A DNA stretch of 64,000 nucleotides from Lophium mytilinum. Taxonomy: Eukaryota. Location: assembly GCA_010093605.1 (NCBI GenBank), contig MU004183.1, positions 1,860,001-1,924,000 on the forward strand, in the 5' to 3' direction. Shown here in pieces: positions 46,655 through 58,993 of this stretch. A program made the translations under genes and the position numbers. Position 1 is the first letter of the stretch, and each line of letters starts with the position of its first letter. The notes below the pieces were generated by a model. It was not told the origin of the DNA and did not search any database. It saw only the letters and a list, made by a program, of their open reading frames with translations.

Positions 46655-49166
46655 TCATCACTGGTAGCAGCAACAGAAAGAATAGTCAACTTGACTTGAG
46701 GATGCCTTTGTAGGATTCATAGGGCTTGGAAGCGTTGAGGTGGAATGAGATTGTCGCAACGAGGTTTAGATATGGAGAAAGTACCATCAACCTGACAGGA
46801 TGGAAACCGCGAACGATGAAGCAACATGGTGCCTGGGCGGGGCGCCATGGACCTGAAGTAGGGAGTACCGTCCCCCACTGCAAAACCCTTGTTCTGCGCT
46901 CGATGGTTTCCAATTCGAGCGATGGGACTGTACCATCTGTGGGTGCAGCTGAAAGGTGATGTTGATACGAACGCTGAGGCAGTAGAGCATCTGGAGCATC
47001 TTGGCCAATTGCAGGGGCGAATCAAGCATCATCGCAGATACGTAAAAACATCGACTGATCTCAAAATGACTTTTTAGGCTTCCTGTCAGATGACGGGAGA
47101 GGTTGGGACATATCTAGTCTATCAAAGCTTTGATATAGAGCAGTGCGGTAACGACCTCTACGTGATAGATACGAATTACATGCTCCAGTACGTCGAACTG
47201 CGACCGGAAATCGTAGAGTGTGTATCGGCATATACAGTACCTGCCACATCTTAGAGTGAGGTTGGATATTCAGAGCCACCATCCGGACCGCCGGTAGCGA
47301 TTTGAAGAGACTGCGAGCTAAGATCGACGGGTTCCAAAAGTCTGAGACATCCAAACTGGGAAGGTTGCACGTGGAGTGTTATACCATGGGGGCGCCACAA
47401 GCGCAATGCCATGTGCAAGAAACTTTAATCTTGCTTCATCCGAGCTGATGACCATAGTAGCTACGTATATAGGAAGAATGAACGCTGACATGGCCCAAGG
47501 TGATCGGTGCAGTCAAGGGCCAGGAGTGCGTGGAGATTATTGACGTCAACTCAGTGTCATTCGCAGTATGCATATGTTCAAGCATCGTTCCGAGGTCCTC
47601 TAAAATAAGTAAAATATGTTTAATGTAAATCTGTATATGATTCAAGAGAGAATGTCACTTTCTTTGCTATTGATGAAACAGACACCGGCGACTGCGCATA
47701 AAATCTCGACGCTGTCTGTCGAATGTGAAACATACTGCCGCCTTACGTTGTGTTTCGCAGGCTAATCGCACCCTAGGACACAGCCTGGGGAACCCGGCAA
47801 GCGCTTGTGCTCTGCTTGGTCCTCTCGCATAGGCTTACTGTTTGTCTTACCGTACGCGCGGATCGTCTGAGTCGCAAGCAACTTCTCGCGCTTCAGAAGC
47901 TGACAGCAACCGCGGTTGTTTCTTCTGTATGTTCCCATGCTTGAGTCTCGCAGACAGAGGCCAGGTGTCCGCTATCAGAATCCAAGGTTGAGGGCGCCGT
48001 AATTCAACCAGGTGACGCTGGTCTAGGCTGGGCGGACCAGGCTACCTGGAATCATGGCCTTGCACGCTTGTTTCCCGCAGCCCATCTCCATGCCATAGTA
48101 TGATGTTTTCAAAGCCAACCCAGGCTCTTGGACGGCTTTGGTCGGTTTGCGCTGGTCCCAAGGTTTGCGCGCGGTGGAGGACGACGATGTGACTCACCGG
48201 TGGTGAGGAGCCGTGGGACAAGCAGAGGCTTTGGGTGGCCTCCAGGCCTCGGTGGCGCCGATGCTGGCCGCGGAGGGTGCTGCGCCCGGGCGCTGGTCGT
48301 CGCGATAGGCGCCGGTCGTCCGGTCAGGCTGGTGTCGCAGTCGGGCAGCGGTCGCAGGCAGCAGGAGCCAGCCTCGCGACCAGGCTGGCTGCTGGGTCTG
48401 GTGTTGTGGTGTCGCGGGCGCTGGGCTCCAAAGGCTGCGGGCGCAGAAAAGGGGCGGATAAGAATCCGCTATGCCTGGAAGGTTCTAAAAGCGGCGAAGT
48501 CGGGTGGCGCTAGCGGCTTGGCGGCAGGCAACAGGCGAAGTACTTAAGGAAGCGGCCGCCCACCTTCAGAGCCTTCGCACTGATTTGGCTGCCGCTCCAC
48601 CTCGCCGTCACCACCACCGTCGCAGCCTCGAAACACCACCGTTGTCGACCTGCGTGCGCCCTCTGCAGCGTCTCTGCATCAACCTCGTGCCCAGGACTAA
48701 CATTTCTGTCATCGCAGCTGTACCAGGTCCTTTTTCCCGATCGGATCTAGCCTAGCCTGCCCACTGCAGCCTCACTTGGCACCTCAAGACACCCACCGGC
48801 TTGCGCCTCCGCTCTCTACACCCCTTCAAGGGCCAACTGGTTGCGCTCTTGACCTCACGCCCTCACCTATCCATCTCCCGCCACCCACCTCGTAATTCGC
48901 GACCGCGTGGTTGTCGCCCGTCACACTTGGCAGCGCCTGTGAAGAGATTCATTCGGTTGACAATCTCCCACTACCTGGTAGGAGCCCGCCCTGCGCCCCG
49001 ACGACGATTCCTCCTATCGACCGACCTCGCGCTCTCTCCGCGATCTCGTACAAAGCCGATATCGTCGTTGCACTCGTTAGTGACCCGGTCTAATCACGCT
49101 CTTAGACTGTCAAGAAGCTTCGACTTCGCAAACACACAGATCACCAGCAACTGACCATCCATCACA

Positions 49167-50050
49167 ATGGACTCACTCACTACTCACCCCCAGACTGCTG
49201 TCCAGGCTAAGGCAAGGACACCACGCCTCCTCGACTCCGGCTTTGCTGACAGTTACAGGCCTTTGTCGCTCCGACTTCTATGTCTTACCCCGGTGGAGTC
49301 CCGCAAGAGCTCACTCCGCCATCGTCCGAGAAGAACATTGCTCAGGATGCCAACGCCGTGAACGGTGTGCAGACCCCGGCTCCGACCCCAGACACCCAGA
49401 ACTCTGCTAGTGGCATCATCCCTACCTTGCAGTAAGTTTCACTCAGTCCCTCATGTCTAGATGAGGCTCTAAAGTGCCAAAGAAACATCGTTGCCACCGT
49501 CAATCTCTCCGCGAGACTGGACCTGAAGACGATCGCTCTGCATGCACGAAACGCTGAGTACAATCCCAAGCGATTCGCCGCTGTGATCATGCGAATTCGC
49601 GAGCCGAAGACCACCGCCCTGGTCTTCGCCAGCGGCAAGATGGTGGTAAGTGCTGCTCTTCCCGTCATGTCCATCCATGTCTCACCAAAGTAGGTCACTG
49701 GAGCAAAGTCTGAGGACGATTCCCGCCTTGCCTCGCGCAAGTACGCCCGCATCATCCAGAAGCTCGGCTTCAACGCCAAGTTCACCGACTTCAAGATTCA
49801 GAATATTGTCGGCAGTTGCGATATCCGCTTCCCCATTCGCTTGGAGGGTCTCGCGAACCGTCATCACAATTTCTCGTCCTACGAGCCTGAGCTGTTCCCT
49901 GGTTTGATCTACCGCATGATGAAGCCGAAGATCGTTCTTCTCATCTTCGTCTCTGGCAAGATCGTTTTGACTGGCGCCAAAGTTCGCGAGGAGATCTACC
50001 AGGCCTTCGAGCTCATCTACCCGGTGCTGTCGGATTTCCGCAAGCCTTGA
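49167..50050 (+). CDS. SPT15: TATA-box binding protein (4 exons; first intron GC-AG)
   Basis: [43 protein letters not shown] and [36 protein letters not shown]. Confidence 0.97.
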
Positions 50051-51034
50051 GCTTAGCGACTTCTCAGAGGTAGTGATTCTGCTCGAGTCACAATGTCTCA
50101 CATTGTATTAACACTTTGCTTGTAGGGATAAACGCGTGACTGTCGTCTGCGTCGATCCCATTACGAACTTCTGCAAAACCACCCTCGTCGGACTCGGTTC
50201 ACGATTGGCGAAGCTCGAGGTTCTAATCTTTCTTTCTGATTGTGTTTCTACACCGAGCGTGATTTCTCTTTCCCTTTTGCTTTCTCTCTTTTCTCTTGCG
50301 GCATTGCATGGTGTTCTGGATGGTGTGGCTTGGGCCCTGTTGATGACGGGCATTGGCCTCTCTTTTCCTTGGTGCGTCTCTCAAAATGCTTCTGCTTCAG
50401 CACACCTCTAGAAAGGCTGCACTCGCCGGATCACCTTTTGCGGCGAAGATGCGTCGATTGATCGGGCTCCAGCTTAATTTGGGTTACATGGAGCCGGTCT
50501 TTATTCTCTTCTCATTGTCGAATTATGCCCAAATAGGGCGACCAGGGTGGCGAACGGTGCGGTTTACGCGAATATGGAATGGGGAGGTGCTGGGACTGGC
50601 CTACGGGCAAACTTGCTTTGCGATATGGATGAGAGCCTGGGGAGACTGCCGATGGATGTCATGGCTTCTCATCGAACCTAACTGATAATTCGTGCGTGTG
50701 CTACTACGTTCGCTGAAAGGCGGATTGCCAGCATTGCTTTGTGGTATTGCTTTGCAGTATTGCTTTGCTTCCTTTGCTGAGTGTAGTTCAATACCAACCA
50801 CGATTCATAAAACATGCGTTCATTTGCAATGTGAAGTAATATTTCTGGCAGTAGTTTCTTTCCATGTCTTGACTATTTGCTCTGAATATGAACTTCCTTG
50901 CTATATAGAGTGACATGGTAGCTTTCCAAGGCCGTCTATGCGTTTGCTATCTGACCACAAACATTCTATACATGTACGACGTTTCAACGCACAACTCTTT
51001 AATCATAACCATCCCCATATCCCCATATCCCAAT

Positions 51035-52559
51035 CTACAACTTACTCGCCCTCCCCATCTCCTCCCTCAACACCATCCCCTTGGCCCCGCCCCGACTCCC
51101 ATCCCCCGCAAACCCATCCTCCCCAACCTTCTTGCTCGGCCACGCCCACTTCTCCATGAACTCCGCCGGCGTCTTCCCAAGTATACACTGCACAACTTTC
51201 TCCCCAATCACCGGCAGCATCTTAAACGCATGCCCCGACCCACCCGTTGCTACAAACAACCCCTGATACTTCGGGTGATAATCCACCAAGAAATCCCCCG
51301 TCGGCGTATCCGTATACCAGCATATCCTACTACTGCTAAACGGCCGCTCCGCCAGACTCGGATACACCTCGCGCAGGAACGCGCGGCACGCCGCCAGGCC
51401 CTCGGCGGGCACAACGAGGGATGGGTCGTCTACGGCGGTGAGGGGCTGCGAGACGGTGATGGTGGTCTGGGAGGGGAAGGTGGAGGCGGGGGTGTACTCT
51501 GGGTGGGGGATCTGGACGGGGTTGGTGTAGCCGTAGCCGTGGCGGGCGATTTTGAGCAGGCGGCGCGAAGGCGTGATGCTGAAGCAGCCGGTGGAGAGGT
51601 TTAGGATGGAGGGGGTGGTGGCGAGGGCGGTCTGCTCAGTGGCAGTCAGGGGGAGGTAAGCTATGACTTGCCCCGTGGCGGTGCAGATGCCGCGCAGGTC
51701 GAGCAGGGCGGGGGTCCAGGCGCCCGCGGCGAGGATGGTGAGGGCGGCGGTGAGGGGGGTGTTGGAGGGGCCGAGGAGGACGCCGGAGACGCGGGCGCTG
51801 GAGTGGTCGATGAGGAGGCGTGAGACGGTGGCGGTGATGAAGGTGACGCGGTTTAGGGCGACGACTTGGGAGTGTAGCCATCGCATGCAGGCTTCGGCGT
51901 CGACCCAGCCTGCGCCGCGGTTTAGGTAGCCGGAGGTCCCGGAGCAACCGTCGACGCCGCATGCGGTGCTGATTTCGGCGGGTGAGTTGAGGAGCGTGAT
52001 CGGGGCGCCTAACGATTGCATCATCGCGGCCGCGCCTTGGACGTAGGAGGCGGCGCTGGTGGAACAGGTCAGGCAGAGCCCGGTTTCGTTGTAGCGGCCA
52101 TCCTCGCCCCAGGTGGAGCGCCAGAGAGGCATGGCGGAGGAAACGAGGGAGGCATAGGCTGGGTCGGCGTAGTCCGCGCGTACGATGCGGGAGGAGTCGA
52201 TCTGGGTTTGTGAGATGGGAATGAAAATGAGTGATGGGTTGTGAGCAGGGCGGGGGCGGGAAGGTAAGACGAAGGAAAGATCGAAAACACTCTTCTTGCG
52301 TTACTGATGGTGCGTAATACATGTTGTTCGGTTCTTGTCATTTTGCTTGAGATAGACTAATGGTGACATCGAAATCAAACCGGCAGACGAGAGAAAGACG
52401 TACACTGGAGCCATCTGAAGCGGGAAAAGGTCGCCGCTCTACAAGCGTGATTGAAGTGTCTTTGAAATCTGGGTTCAGGCAGAGCTCGTATGCGGTCGAG
52501 AGGCCAAATACTCCACTCCCTATAATGAGGATGGAGGAAGGAATTTTTAAGTCAGACAT
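51035..52559 (-). CDS. FAD-dependent amine oxidase (sarcosine/L-pipecolate/fructosyl-amino-acid oxidase family), 2 exons
   Basis: ILIIGSGVFGLSTA, SS|..DSSRIVRADYAD, RICWYTDTPTGDFLVD and ATGGSGHAFK. Confidence 0.9.
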
Positions 52560-53056
52560 GTTGGGCTAATATGCTTTACCGATTGTGAACGCAATGGCAG
52601 GAGTCTGCAAGTAATGAACAGGATGGAAATAAAACAGTTGAGAGACTACTTATGATGCCCACATATGGCCTTTATATTGATAGAGAAAGTCTGAGGAGCA
52701 TAAAGTGGGGGGTAGAGGTTGTGTCCCAAGCCAACACTAGCCTTGGCGAAACTCCAGAAGCAGATAGGGAGCACGCCCTAGAGTCCGTGGGGGGCGGTAC
52801 AACGTCTTTTTATTGGGGTTCCGGGGGATCCTTGAGTAGAGTTTGGGAGTATTTGCCTGATCTCGCGTCGTGCTGGACGCCTCAAATCGGCTGCTCAATT
52901 TGATAATGAGGAGGGCGGACGTAGTGCGGAAATACCTAGGGCGCCGGGCTTTTCTCGGTTAGGAATTTTGATAGCTTCGAGGTTGATCGTCCGACCACTC
53001 CATCACGCCTCAGCGAATCAATTGACACCCAAATACACTCATCCGAGTCTTTAGCA

Positions 53057-54061
53057 ATGGGCAAGCCGCCGCCGAAGTCAAAGAAAACGAAGTCAAATCC
53101 CCAGAAAAAGGCTAGCTCGCAGCCCTTGCATTACCGACCGCGCGCCCCTCCACCCGCACCTCTACCAGCACCACCAGCAGCTGCTGCACCATATTCACGG
53201 GCTCGGAAGCTACCACTGATTCTTGCAGGAGTTACAGCCCTTGGCATTGGCTGCTATAGCACGCTCATCTACCTAAGCCTCACCCGGGACGACCCTCGAC
53301 TGAAGAGAATACCGCGCGATGCCTCGGACCGCTTTGACGACAATGCCTGGGTTTACGACAGCAGCGTGGACACCATGGAATGGCTCATGGGAATAAGCAA
53401 GCGGAGGAAGGAAATGGCGTCAATGGCTAGGGGCCACTTGCTAGAGGTTGCAGCGGGCACAGGGCGGAATCACGCTTTCTACGACACGAAGAAGCTGGCA
53501 ACGGTCACCATGCTGGACCAGAGCGCGCAGATGCTGGCAGTCGGGAAAAAGAAGTGGAAAGACGAGCATCCTGAGTATGCTAGGCGGATATCCTGGCGGA
53601 CTCAGTCTGCGCTGGAGCCCATTGCCCCGCCCCCACAGTCCCCAGACGGGTTCGACTACGTTATCCAGACCATGGGACTCTGCTCAACGGCAGAGCCTGT
53701 CAAGTTGCTCCAGAATTTGGGAGAGGTCGCAAAGCCAGAGGGCGGGCGCATACTGCTGCTGGAGCACGGCAGGTCACATTATGCATGGCTGAACAGGGTG
53801 TTGGACAAGACGGCAGCAGCGCATGCGGACGAGCACGGGTGTTGGTGGAACAAGGATATTGGCAAGATTGTCGAAGAGAGCGGGCTGGAGGTGGTCAAGC
53901 TGAGAAGATACAATTTTGGAACAACGTGGTGGGTGGAATTGAAGCCGAAACCTAGGCGGCGTCTGGGGGAGAGGATTGCGGGACATGCAGCAGACGCAGA
54001 AGGCAGTGGGAGCCCGCAGGACAAGGTGGCACAGAAACCGTGGTGGGCCATTTTGGGGTGA
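53057..54061 (+). CDS. SAM-dependent methyltransferase, Oms1-like
   Basis: LEVAAGTGRN, QTMGLCS, LLEHGRS and GCWWNKDI, with an N-terminal TM segment. Confidence 0.85.
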   Translation: MGKPPPKSKKTKSNPQKKASSQPLHYRPRAPPPAPLPAPPAAAAPYSRARKLPLILAGVTALGIGCYSTLIYLSLTRDDPRLKRIPRDASDRFDDNAWVYDSSVDTMEWLMGISKRRKEMASMARGHLLEVAAGTGRNHAFYDTKKLATVTMLDQSAQMLAVGKKKWKDEHPEYARRISWRTQSALEPIAPPPQSPDGFDYVIQTMGLCSTAEPVKLLQNLGEVAKPEGGRILLLEHGRSHYAWLNRVLDKTAAAHADEHGCWWNKDIGKIVEESGLEVVKLRRYNFGTTWWVELKPKPRRRLGERIAGHAADAEGSGSPQDKVAQKPWWAILG

Positions 54062-55632
54062 GTGCATGCATAGGCACATGGGTGTATGCATTCGGGACCT
54101 GCGTGGGCGGGACGACTGGCCACTGGACACACGAGCAGAAGAGAGCTGTCACATTTCACATATTGGACGACTGGACGCGAGCATGCCGCTCCCGCGGTGA
54201 CGTTACCTATCACATATAATATTGTTGATGGCCGAACAATATACAGAACTGCATAAAGTAAGCGCTCTAGCGTCAGCATTGCGGCAGTAAATGCTAGAGT
54301 GGAGGCGAGATCTGCAGCCAGCCGACGACCTGCATGAGCTGATGTCGGGTTGCATATCTGATTGGAGCATCGGCGGGGCAGGTCGAGCAAACAACGTCAA
54401 TTCAACCACAGGCGAGGCGATCGACAGCGAGGCGGAGAGGCCATCTGTTTGCTTCGCACACCGCACCCGGAACTCCACAAAAGTGACGAAGTGCTGGAAT
54501 GGCCTCGCCGTGATTGGCACTGCGGACTGCTGTCGCGTGCTACCACAACACAGGAAGGTGACGGGGTCTCTGGTCGCCTTGCCGACGAGATGCAGCATCT
54601 TGAAACATGAGGCCATGTTTTCCCCAGCGCCGCCGTGGCCACCAGCCGCGAAGAGCGCTGCTTTTGCGCGCCCGTCAGCGAGAAGGGCCCTCCACGACAC
54701 GAGCAGTCCCGACAGCATGACTCGGGCGGCTTAGGGTCTTCTCTCGCCGCCCTCACATCCTCCGCGTCGCCGCTGCACCTCGGCGTGACAGCGGAAAATT
54801 TCTTCTTTCTTTCTCGCGGCGCGCATCCGCGTCCCTGTTGGTGGAGCGGGCCCTGCTGTCACAGGCCGACTGCTCACCGCCTGGGGCCACTGGGCTGAGG
54901 CTAAATTGGGCTGCAGACGACGCTCAAACAGGGGCTCCCAGTTGCTGGAACAGATGGGCCAAGGGCCTGCCACAGGCCGATCAGATCACCAGATGGCAGA
55001 ATTGCCCCGGCATTCGACTCCCTGCGCCCGGGCTGTTCGACCACGCGCGTTCTGGGATCGATATGCCAATGGACGCACCTCTGTTGCAGCTCTGGAGCAG
55101 CGTCAGTACCGCGCGAGGCATCCGGTCCGCACGTCGAAGCTGGAGAGACGGCAGTGATGTCGCCGCGGGGAGAGCCTCGTGGCAACGGGCACGGCGGTTC
55201 TTGGGAGGAGGATGGGAGGCTGCAGGCAGCGAGTAGGGAGGGCCGGCAGCGAGACACACAGGCCGGGGAAGCGCGGGCAACGTCTTTGGCGGGAGGCCGG
55301 CGCACGCTGCGTGGCTGCTTGGGAGAAGAGGTTGCGGTGGTTAAGGCATGGCGCTGGCGTGTGTGCAGCTTTTCCTCGTGTCGCCGGACCCCTGGCCATG
55401 CCCCGAGTTAGTGAAGGGCCGTGACGATATTCATCCTGGAAACTGCCACTCCACCCAGTCCACCGCACCTCACTCGGCTAGGCGTTCCTTCCTGGCCTGG
55501 CATCCCGCATCTCCCTCCTGCCCCGTCCCTCCTCCCTCTTTCAAACCTGCCAAACACCTCGTCTTCTGCCTGTGCTTCTCCCGCCTCTTCCTGTCCTCCG
55601 CGTGCTCATTTCTGTCGACTTCTATCGACCTT

Positions 55633-55663
55633 GTACTGTACTGTATTGTGCTGTACTGTACTG
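55633..55663. repeat. Imperfect (CTGTA)n pentanucleotide repeat upstream of the Gds1-like gene
   Basis: tgtactgtactgtattgtgctgtactgtactg. Confidence 0.7.
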
Positions 55664-56136
55664 CACCGTCTTGTACTATTTGTGTCTTCTATTAGTCGTC
55701 GCATTTGCTGTTGTCTCTCACGAGTTGCTGGCAACCACCCCCTGATCCGTCCTCGTCTCCGTCCAAGCCGGCTGCAAAAGGAGCCGACCTTGATTTGGAC
55801 GTCAGCCGTGCATACAACAAACACAGCGCATTCGTCCCGTCCGGCATCGAGCCTCGCTCGCTCTCAGTCGCACCAGGCTCCCCTTCCCTGCCTTGCATTA
55901 ACGCTGCATCGTGCTGCATACCAGCGGTAAGCTCTTCAGGCAAGGACCAGTGTCGCCGCCTGCATTCCGGCCGCCGCCCAGCCAATAGCGACCATCCAAA
56001 TCCACCTCGCCCATTTCACGAGCCCCGACAACACCAGGCACCTTCTCTCGCCGCTATCTGTCCAAAATAATTCCACGGCTGCGATCCGCCCTCCACCTGG
56101 ACCTACCCTCAACTGCACAGCCTTGCGACCGCCGTC

Positions 56137-57465
56137 ATGCCTTACAACACCCGGAGGAAGTCGCTGTCACTACCCTCGCTCGGCATCCATCTGCCAAACA
56201 GCTCGCGATCGGCTGCTCACCGCTCACCGCCTGCCTCAGCCGCCAGCAGTGAGCAACCTCAACCCGCCGCGAAGAAAGTGAAGCGCTCGCACCCCTCAGC
56301 CTCGCCACAGCCCTCGAGTCCGGAGCGCACCACGACTCTGCGCTTCCGTGATGAGCGACCCAAGAGTTCTGGCCGGGTGGCGGAACACACGCCGCCACCG
56401 TCGCCTGGTGGGAAGTCGTCGCAAACAAAGGTCAGCACTGAAGGCATCGACGACACCATTGTCGTGGGCGTCATCGAGCAGCTGGAGAAGACGGGCAACC
56501 GCCCACATCTCCTCAAGGAGCTAGCTGCTGTCCTTGCGACCTCGATCTCAATTGTCGAAAGGTACGAGCATGCGCAAACACCCTCGCCACGTCTACATCT
56601 TACTGACTGTGCCTCTAGCTCTGCGAACCCCTCAGCCATCATCTCTTCGCGCCTCGCGACATACCTAAGACGCCCCTGGACTGCACTGTCGCAATGTCCT
56701 CTCGACAAAGTGCTCGTAGGCACTCATCCAAAACGAGTTTACTACTACCTCACCACCTCCGAACACCAGCCTATCCCCACCGACTCTCCCACCGGCCCAG
56801 CAGCTGCACGGATAATCTCGCCCTCCCTGTCGTCCGCAGCCTCGGAAGAGGAAGAGGCCGACGCACGGACGCGGTCTCAGCTTTCCCCTTCTCCGGAGCT
56901 TGACCTCTCGTCGCCCGACTTCGAAGACGACTCCACCCCGTTCTCGAATCGTAATCCGTTGATGCGTGGCGGGCCCCATCCACCAACGACCTCCAACATC
57001 TCGCACAACCGACGTGCTGTCTCACCGCCCTTAGAGCGGGACGAACACGAGTTCACCCAGACCGCCTCAATCCTCCTGCAAAGAAGTCGTAGCCAGGATT
57101 CCGAGTCAAAGGTGGAGATCAAATCTGAAAGGTCTCCCTCGCTTCACGACACATCAATGCAGGATTCTATCCCAGAGGAGGTCGAGGAAACTGAAGAAAG
57201 TGCTGCGCTGCGGAACTCCGAAGCTGCGGCGGCACTCTTTGGTCATGTCGACCATCTGTCCGTGCACGCCATCCAACCCGCCTTCGCGTCCAGCAGCCCC
57301 ATGTTGAAACCGCACCTCGAGATTGAGACAACTCGAGCAACCTTCAAGTCGGGACTCAGCGACGATGTGAAGATGAGCGATGATGAGACCTGGGGCTGGT
57401 CTGAACTCAAGAGCCCTGAGAACGTGGAGCTCGATGAACTCGAAGATATGTTCGGAGAGTATTGA
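56137..57465 (+). CDS. Gds1-like protein (probable in-frame intron ~56562-56618)
   Basis: MPYNTRRKSLSLPSLGI, LEKTGNRPHLLKELA, SANPSAIISSRL, GTHPKRVYYYL and C-terminal SPENVELDELEDMF. Confidence 0.75.
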   Translation: MPYNTRRKSLSLPSLGIHLPNSSRSAAHRSPPASAASSEQPQPAAKKVKRSHPSASPQPSSPERTTTLRFRDERPKSSGRVAEHTPPPSPGGKSSQTKVSTEGIDDTIVVGVIEQLEKTGNRPHLLKELAAVLATSISIVERYEHAQTPSPRLHLTDCASSSANPSAIISSRLATYLRRPWTALSQCPLDKVLVGTHPKRVYYYLTTSEHQPIPTDSPTGPAAARIISPSLSSAASEEEEADARTRSQLSPSPELDLSSPDFEDDSTPFSNRNPLMRGGPHPPTTSNISHNRRAVSPPLERDEHEFTQTASILLQRSRSQDSESKVEIKSERSPSLHDTSMQDSIPEEVEETEESAALRNSEAAAALFGHVDHLSVHAIQPAFASSSPMLKPHLEIETTRATFKSGLSDDVKMSDDETWGWSELKSPENVELDELEDMFGEY

Positions 57466-58993
57466 AGTCACTGGGTTCGCCCAATTGGACTTGTCTGATT
57501 TTCTGTAAAGGCAATGATGTTAATGAAACCTCTCCTATCTCAGTCATACACTTCAGCGTCTGATTTTTGTTCATTTCCATTTCAGATGAATTTCGAGGAA
57601 GCTATATCCTAGAAGCTACCTCCGCCGCTCACGCTGCACCCGAGAGGAGAGATTTGGGAGAATGAGACGGAAGCGTGGTGCTTCTTACTCATCGATCGAT
57701 CGATGGTTGCATTGTTTAGTGTCCTTGTAAGATGGAAGAGTATGTGTGGCCGAGGCGCTGGCGTGGCTTAGCTTGCTTGTATGACTATCTATACCTAGGA
57801 GCTTGGGACAGACTGAACTGGCGACATCGGGAGCATCGGGCGTTGCGCTAGCTGGCTGAATAAGCTGGGTCGACGGCGAGAGAGAGAGAGCTAGGGACTG
57901 GCCATGGCCAGAGCGAAAGAAAGAAAGTACGGAAAAGCGTGTTCTCGCATACATAAAAATTTGATCATACGTTATAAACTTTTACATGGCTTCCGGCGGC
58001 TCCGATCGTGACTTTGTCTTTGATACGCTGGTGATGGATAGCGTGGCATCAGGACCATGGCTCACAATCCGGCGCCTCCGCGGGAGTTACCTAGAACTGC
58101 GTCAGGCTGGGTGGCGTTCATGCCGCGATGGAAACTGTCGCGGGTCTACGGAGTTTATTCCAGCTTATGATGTCGGGGCGCTGTTGCTGCAAATCGAAAG
58201 GAACGAGGAGGGTCGGATCGACGATTCATACTATGGAATAGATATTATACTTTCCACTATCTGCTTTACTTTGCAATGGTGAAGTTGAACTGTCGCCCAT
58301 ATACATTCTATATGTTATTGCTACAACTGGAAATCGTGTATGCTCGAATCAGTAAAGCATGCACCAACATGTGCATACTATACAAAGCACTCAACCAATA
58401 CCATTAATCAGAAACACAACATTAATTAGCCCCCTAACTACGTCGAACATCCCCACCAAACCAAACAAACAGCCCCTAACTCACCCAATGTCAACCCAAC
58501 CTTCCCCCGACCGTCAGCCTCATTCTCTCCCAAAGCGCAAGGCTGCTGCCCAGCGCCAGCGCCAACGCTCACGCCTCAGCTCAGCCCACGCGCGGCTTGT
58601 GATCGCCATCTGTCAACATCTCGCTACGTGTACGATGCCAACGACGTTTCCCATGCCTCAAGCCATCCAACTCTATCCCTTACCATGACCATCCCATCGC
58701 CCAAGACTTTCCCGCGCGTGCCAACATCCAACGGTGATCCATGCACACTGGCCCGAGCCCTACGACCCTCGTAATCGGGCCTCGCAGCGCAGCAAAAGCA
58801 CCCCCCGCGCCTGGCTGCCCAACCCACAAACGCGCCTCACCATTCTAGCTCCCGCTGCGTCGCGCTGCAGGGCAATTACTTTCATTTTCCTGCATGGTCA
58901 CGCACGCCCCGACCGACTAACTGGCATCAAAACTCACCCGGCTACACACGATCTGAACGACCGACGGGTAGGTGCAGCCTCGTGTGATTTTCG

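Noticed and set aside
54200..56100. Many overlapping short ORFs upstream of the Gds1-like gene
   Set aside because: GC-rich promoter/leader sequence. Many ORFs have non-ATG starts and none shows protein-like features.
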